From Clostridia bacterium (GTDB lineage: Bacteria > Bacillota > Clostridia > UMGS1883): DNA of 64,000 bases. The notes beneath the pieces were generated by a model. The model searched no databases. It was not told where the DNA came from and was given only the letters and a program-made list of their open reading frames with translations. This document shows positions 61,741 through 64,000 of this stretch, in pieces. The stretch is taken from NCBI GenBank assembly GCA_045545055.1, contig JAZQAB010000087.1, forward strand, positions 8,049 through 72,048. The letters are read 5' to 3'. A program made the translations under genes and the position numbers. Every line of letters starts with the position of its first letter. Positions within the stretch are counted from its first letter, which is position 1.

Positions 61741-62841
61741 ATGAAATTTTTCTGTGATACAAAAGCTTTTTCGGAAGCAATAAATATTGTTTCAAAAGCA
61801 GTTGCCGTTAAATCTCCCATTCCTCATTTAGAGGGAATCCTTCTTGATGCAAAGGGTGGTACTCTTACCCTTTTATCAAATAACCTTGAAATTTCAATTA
61901 AAACCTCCATAAGTGCAAATATAAGTGAGGAGGGAAGAATTGTTCTTAACGCAAAAATGCTTAATGATATTGTAAGAAAGCTTCCCCAGGATGTTTGCGA
62001 AGTTAATACAAATGATAAATATAACGTTTCTATTATATGTAAAAACGCAGATTACAAAATTGTTGGGCTTAATGCTGACGAATTTCCTCAGCCTCCCATG
62101 GTTAATAAGAAAAGCAGTGTTACATTAAAAAGCGAAACGCTTCGTGAAATAATAGGAAAAACTCTTTTTGCGGTATCTCTTGATAATGCAAGAAAGATTT
62201 TAACAGGTTCATTATATGAAATAGAAAATAATAATCTTACCGTTGTAGCGGTTGACGGCTACAGACTTGCTCTTACAAAAATGAAGCTTGAGGGTGAGTA
62301 TGAGGATGCTAAATTCATAATTCCCGGAAAAACACAAAGCGAAATTTCTAAAATTATAAGCGGAAATAAAGAAGAAGATATAAAAATATCTTTCAGTGAG
62401 AATTATGCTCTTATAGAAGGTGAAGGAGTTACAATAACATCACGTCTTATAGAGGGTGAATTTTTCTCATACAGAAACACAATTCCCGCAGAATCAAAGT
62501 ATATTGTTAAAACGGACTCATATGCCTTTACAAAGGCTATCGAGCGTGTAGAACCTATTATAGATGAAGTAAGCAAAAACTGCGTAAGGTTTAAATTTGG
62601 TGACGGAAATATAGTTATTAGCTGTGAAACAGTTTTGGGTAAGGTAAACGACGTTGTTGAATGTGATTACTTCGGCGAAGCTGTGGAAATAGGATTCAAC
62701 TATAAATATCTCCACGATGCTGTTTCAAGGTGTGAGGGAGACGAAATTGAACTTAAAATGAATTCTCCCTTTAATCCCCTTATTATTAATTCAATAGACG
62801 ACGAGAGCTGTCTTTTCATGGTTCTTCCCGTGCGTATATAA
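61741..62841 (+). CDS. dnaN: DNA polymerase III subunit beta
   Basis: 366 aa with three-domain sliding-clamp pattern (MKFFCDTKAF..., LPVRI C-terminus). Follows dnaA. Confidence 0.96.
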   Translation: MKFFCDTKAFSEAINIVSKAVAVKSPIPHLEGILLDAKGGTLTLLSNNLEISIKTSISANISEEGRIVLNAKMLNDIVRKLPQDVCEVNTNDKYNVSIICKNADYKIVGLNADEFPQPPMVNKKSSVTLKSETLREIIGKTLFAVSLDNARKILTGSLYEIENNNLTVVAVDGYRLALTKMKLEGEYEDAKFIIPGKTQSEISKIISGNKEEDIKISFSENYALIEGEGVTITSRLIEGEFFSYRNTIPAESKYIVKTDSYAFTKAIERVEPIIDEVSKNCVRFKFGDGNIVISCETVLGKVNDVVECDYFGEAVEIGFNYKYLHDAVSRCEGDEIELKMNSPFNPLIINSIDDESCLFMVLPVRI

Positions 62842-62852
62842 GAGGATAAAAT

Positions 62853-63059
62853 ATGAAAAAAATAAGTATAAAAACAGAATTTATAAAGCTTGACAGTGCT
62901 CTTAAATACTGTGGTATTGCAGAAAACGGTGCACATGCAAAGGAGCTTATACTTGACGGAGAAGTAAAGGTAAACGGAGAAATTGAACTTCGCCGCGGAA
63001 AAAAGCTTTATAAAGGTGATAAATTTAAAATTTTTGATGAGGAATATGAAATAGAATGA
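62853..63059 (+). CDS. yaaA: S4-domain RNA-binding protein YaaA
   Basis: 68 aa. [42 protein letters not shown] is an S4 fold. Lies between dnaN and recF as in B. subtilis. Confidence 0.85.
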   Translation: MKKISIKTEFIKLDSALKYCGIAENGAHAKELILDGEVKVNGEIELRRGKKLYKGDKFKIFDEEYEIE

Positions 63060-64000
63060 GAGCCTCAGAGTTAAGTCTTTACAATTTCAGAAATTACGAA
63101 AACGAAAAAATCTCTTTCGGTGATGAAGTAAATATAATATACGGCGACAACGGTATGGGTAAAACTAATATACTTGAGGCTGTTTATTATTTTTCATACG
63201 GAAGAAGCTTCAGAAGCGTAGGAAGGGAAATTATAAAAGACGGTGAAAAAGAAAGTGCAATATCTCTTAATTTTGAAAATGAAGAAAGAAAATATGAGGG
63301 CAGAATAAAATTCTTAGGCGGAAAAAGAAAAGAAATATATGTAAATGACATTGAATTAAAAAAGACAAGCCAGCTTTTGGGTAATTTTATATGTGTTCTT
63401 TTTACCCCCGATGAGATGGGCATTATAAAGGGAATGCCCGAAATGAGGAGAAAGTTTTGTGACAGTGCAATTATGCCGCTTCGACCTCAGTTTATAAAAG
63501 AGCTGATAAGATACAGAAATATAGTTAATCAGAAAACGGCTCTTTTAAAATCAAGAGATTATAAAACTTTAGATATATGGAATGAAAAGCTTTCCGAATC
63601 GGGAAGTAAAATAATGATGATGAGGTCAAGCTATATAGAAAGAGTAAAAGAGAAAGCGAAAGAAATACAAAAAGAGATTTCAAATGAAAAAGAGGACCTC
63701 GAAATTATATATAATCCGTCTGTTAAAATGGGCGGTGACATTATACAAACCAAAGAAAATTTTATAAATAAGCTGAATGATTATACACAAAAGGAAAAAG
63801 AAAATTTTTTCTGTATGGCAGGCGTTCATCGTGATGAAATAGACTTTTTAATAAATGGGAAAAACGCGAAAAGCTATGCAAGTCAGGGGCAGATAAGGAC
63901 AGCAGTGTTATGTCTTAAAACAGCTCAAATGGAGATAATAAAGGAAGAAACGGGAAATTATCCCGTAATGCTTCTTGATGATATATTGAGTGAGCTTGAT
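63056..64000 (+). CDS. recF: DNA replication/repair protein RecF (N-terminal part; runs off window end)
   Basis: Hand translation from ATG 63056, which overlaps the yaaA stop, gives [54 protein letters not shown] with a Walker A motif. The frame stays open to the window end. Confidence 0.93.
   Translation, partial: MRASELSLYNFRNYENEKISFGDEVNIIYGDNGMGKTNILEAVYYFSYGRSFRSVGREIIKDGEKESAISLNFENEERKYEGRIKFLGGKRKEIYVNDIELKKTSQLLGNFICVLFTPDEMGIIKGMPEMRRKFCDSAIMPLRPQFIKELIRYRNIVNQKTALLKSRDYKTLDIWNEKLSESGSKIMMMRSSYIERVKEKAKEIQKEISNEKEDLEIIYNPSVKMGGDIIQTKENFINKLNDYTQKEKENFFCMAGVHRDEIDFLINGKNAKSYASQGQIRTAVLCLKTAQMEIIKEETGNYPVMLLDDILSELD

Overview
This 64-kb window is the origin-proximal chromosome of a low-GC, endospore-forming Firmicute, most likely a Clostridia member. 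The sporulation markers are ypeB, a ytvI-like gene, yidC/jag and remA. The right end carries the classic origin cluster: rpmH-rnpA-yidD-yidC-jag-mnmE-mnmG-rsmG-(noc-like)-soj-spo0J on the minus strand, then dnaA-dnaN-yaaA-recF on the plus strand. Two perfect parS sites and a bipartite AT-rich oriC lie in this cluster. The rest is almost entirely housekeeping:
- rpsO-pnp-M16 peptidase-ddl-murF
- mtnN/luxS and lysA
- the B. subtilis ylo-type block yicC-remA-gmk-rpoZ-priA-def-fmt-rsmB-rlmN-prpC-prkC-rsgA-rpe
- an ACT-hom-aspartokinase operon
- rsmI, dusB, proBAC, an amino-acid ABC transporter and serS

I saw no rRNA or tRNA genes, CRISPR arrays, transposases, integrases, prophage genes, or recognisable toxin-antitoxin or defence genes. 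Two small genes missing from the ORF track were recovered by hand: a 57-aa 2x[4Fe-4S] ferredoxin and rpmH. Two edge-truncated genes were also recovered by hand: a WG-repeat/SLH protein and recF.

The unusual content is mostly non-coding, in at least four families of intergenic repeats:
1. A hairpin plus tandem 7-nt-unit element at eight loci.
2. An 89-nt element with an intrinsic-terminator-like end. One copy appears inserted in-frame into the 5' end of the 5-formyl-THF cyclo-ligase gene.
3. A roughly 75-88-nt element with cUUCGg loops on the minus strand.
4. GC-rich TGTAGGG / GGGCGGA...TCCGCCC palindromic elements.

Coding curiosities:
- An HPr-kinase-like P-loop protein plus a Cys-rich 73-aa protein, translationally coupled to lysA.
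- A radical-SAM/DUF4130 putative DNA-repair pair preceded by a LexA-box-like site.
- A blaI/M56 pair feeding into a surface-protein gene.
- A divergent ParB paralogue.

Nothing here proves a new system. The repeat families and the lysA-linked gene pair are the best leads. All coordinates were counted by eye and may be off by 1-2 nt.
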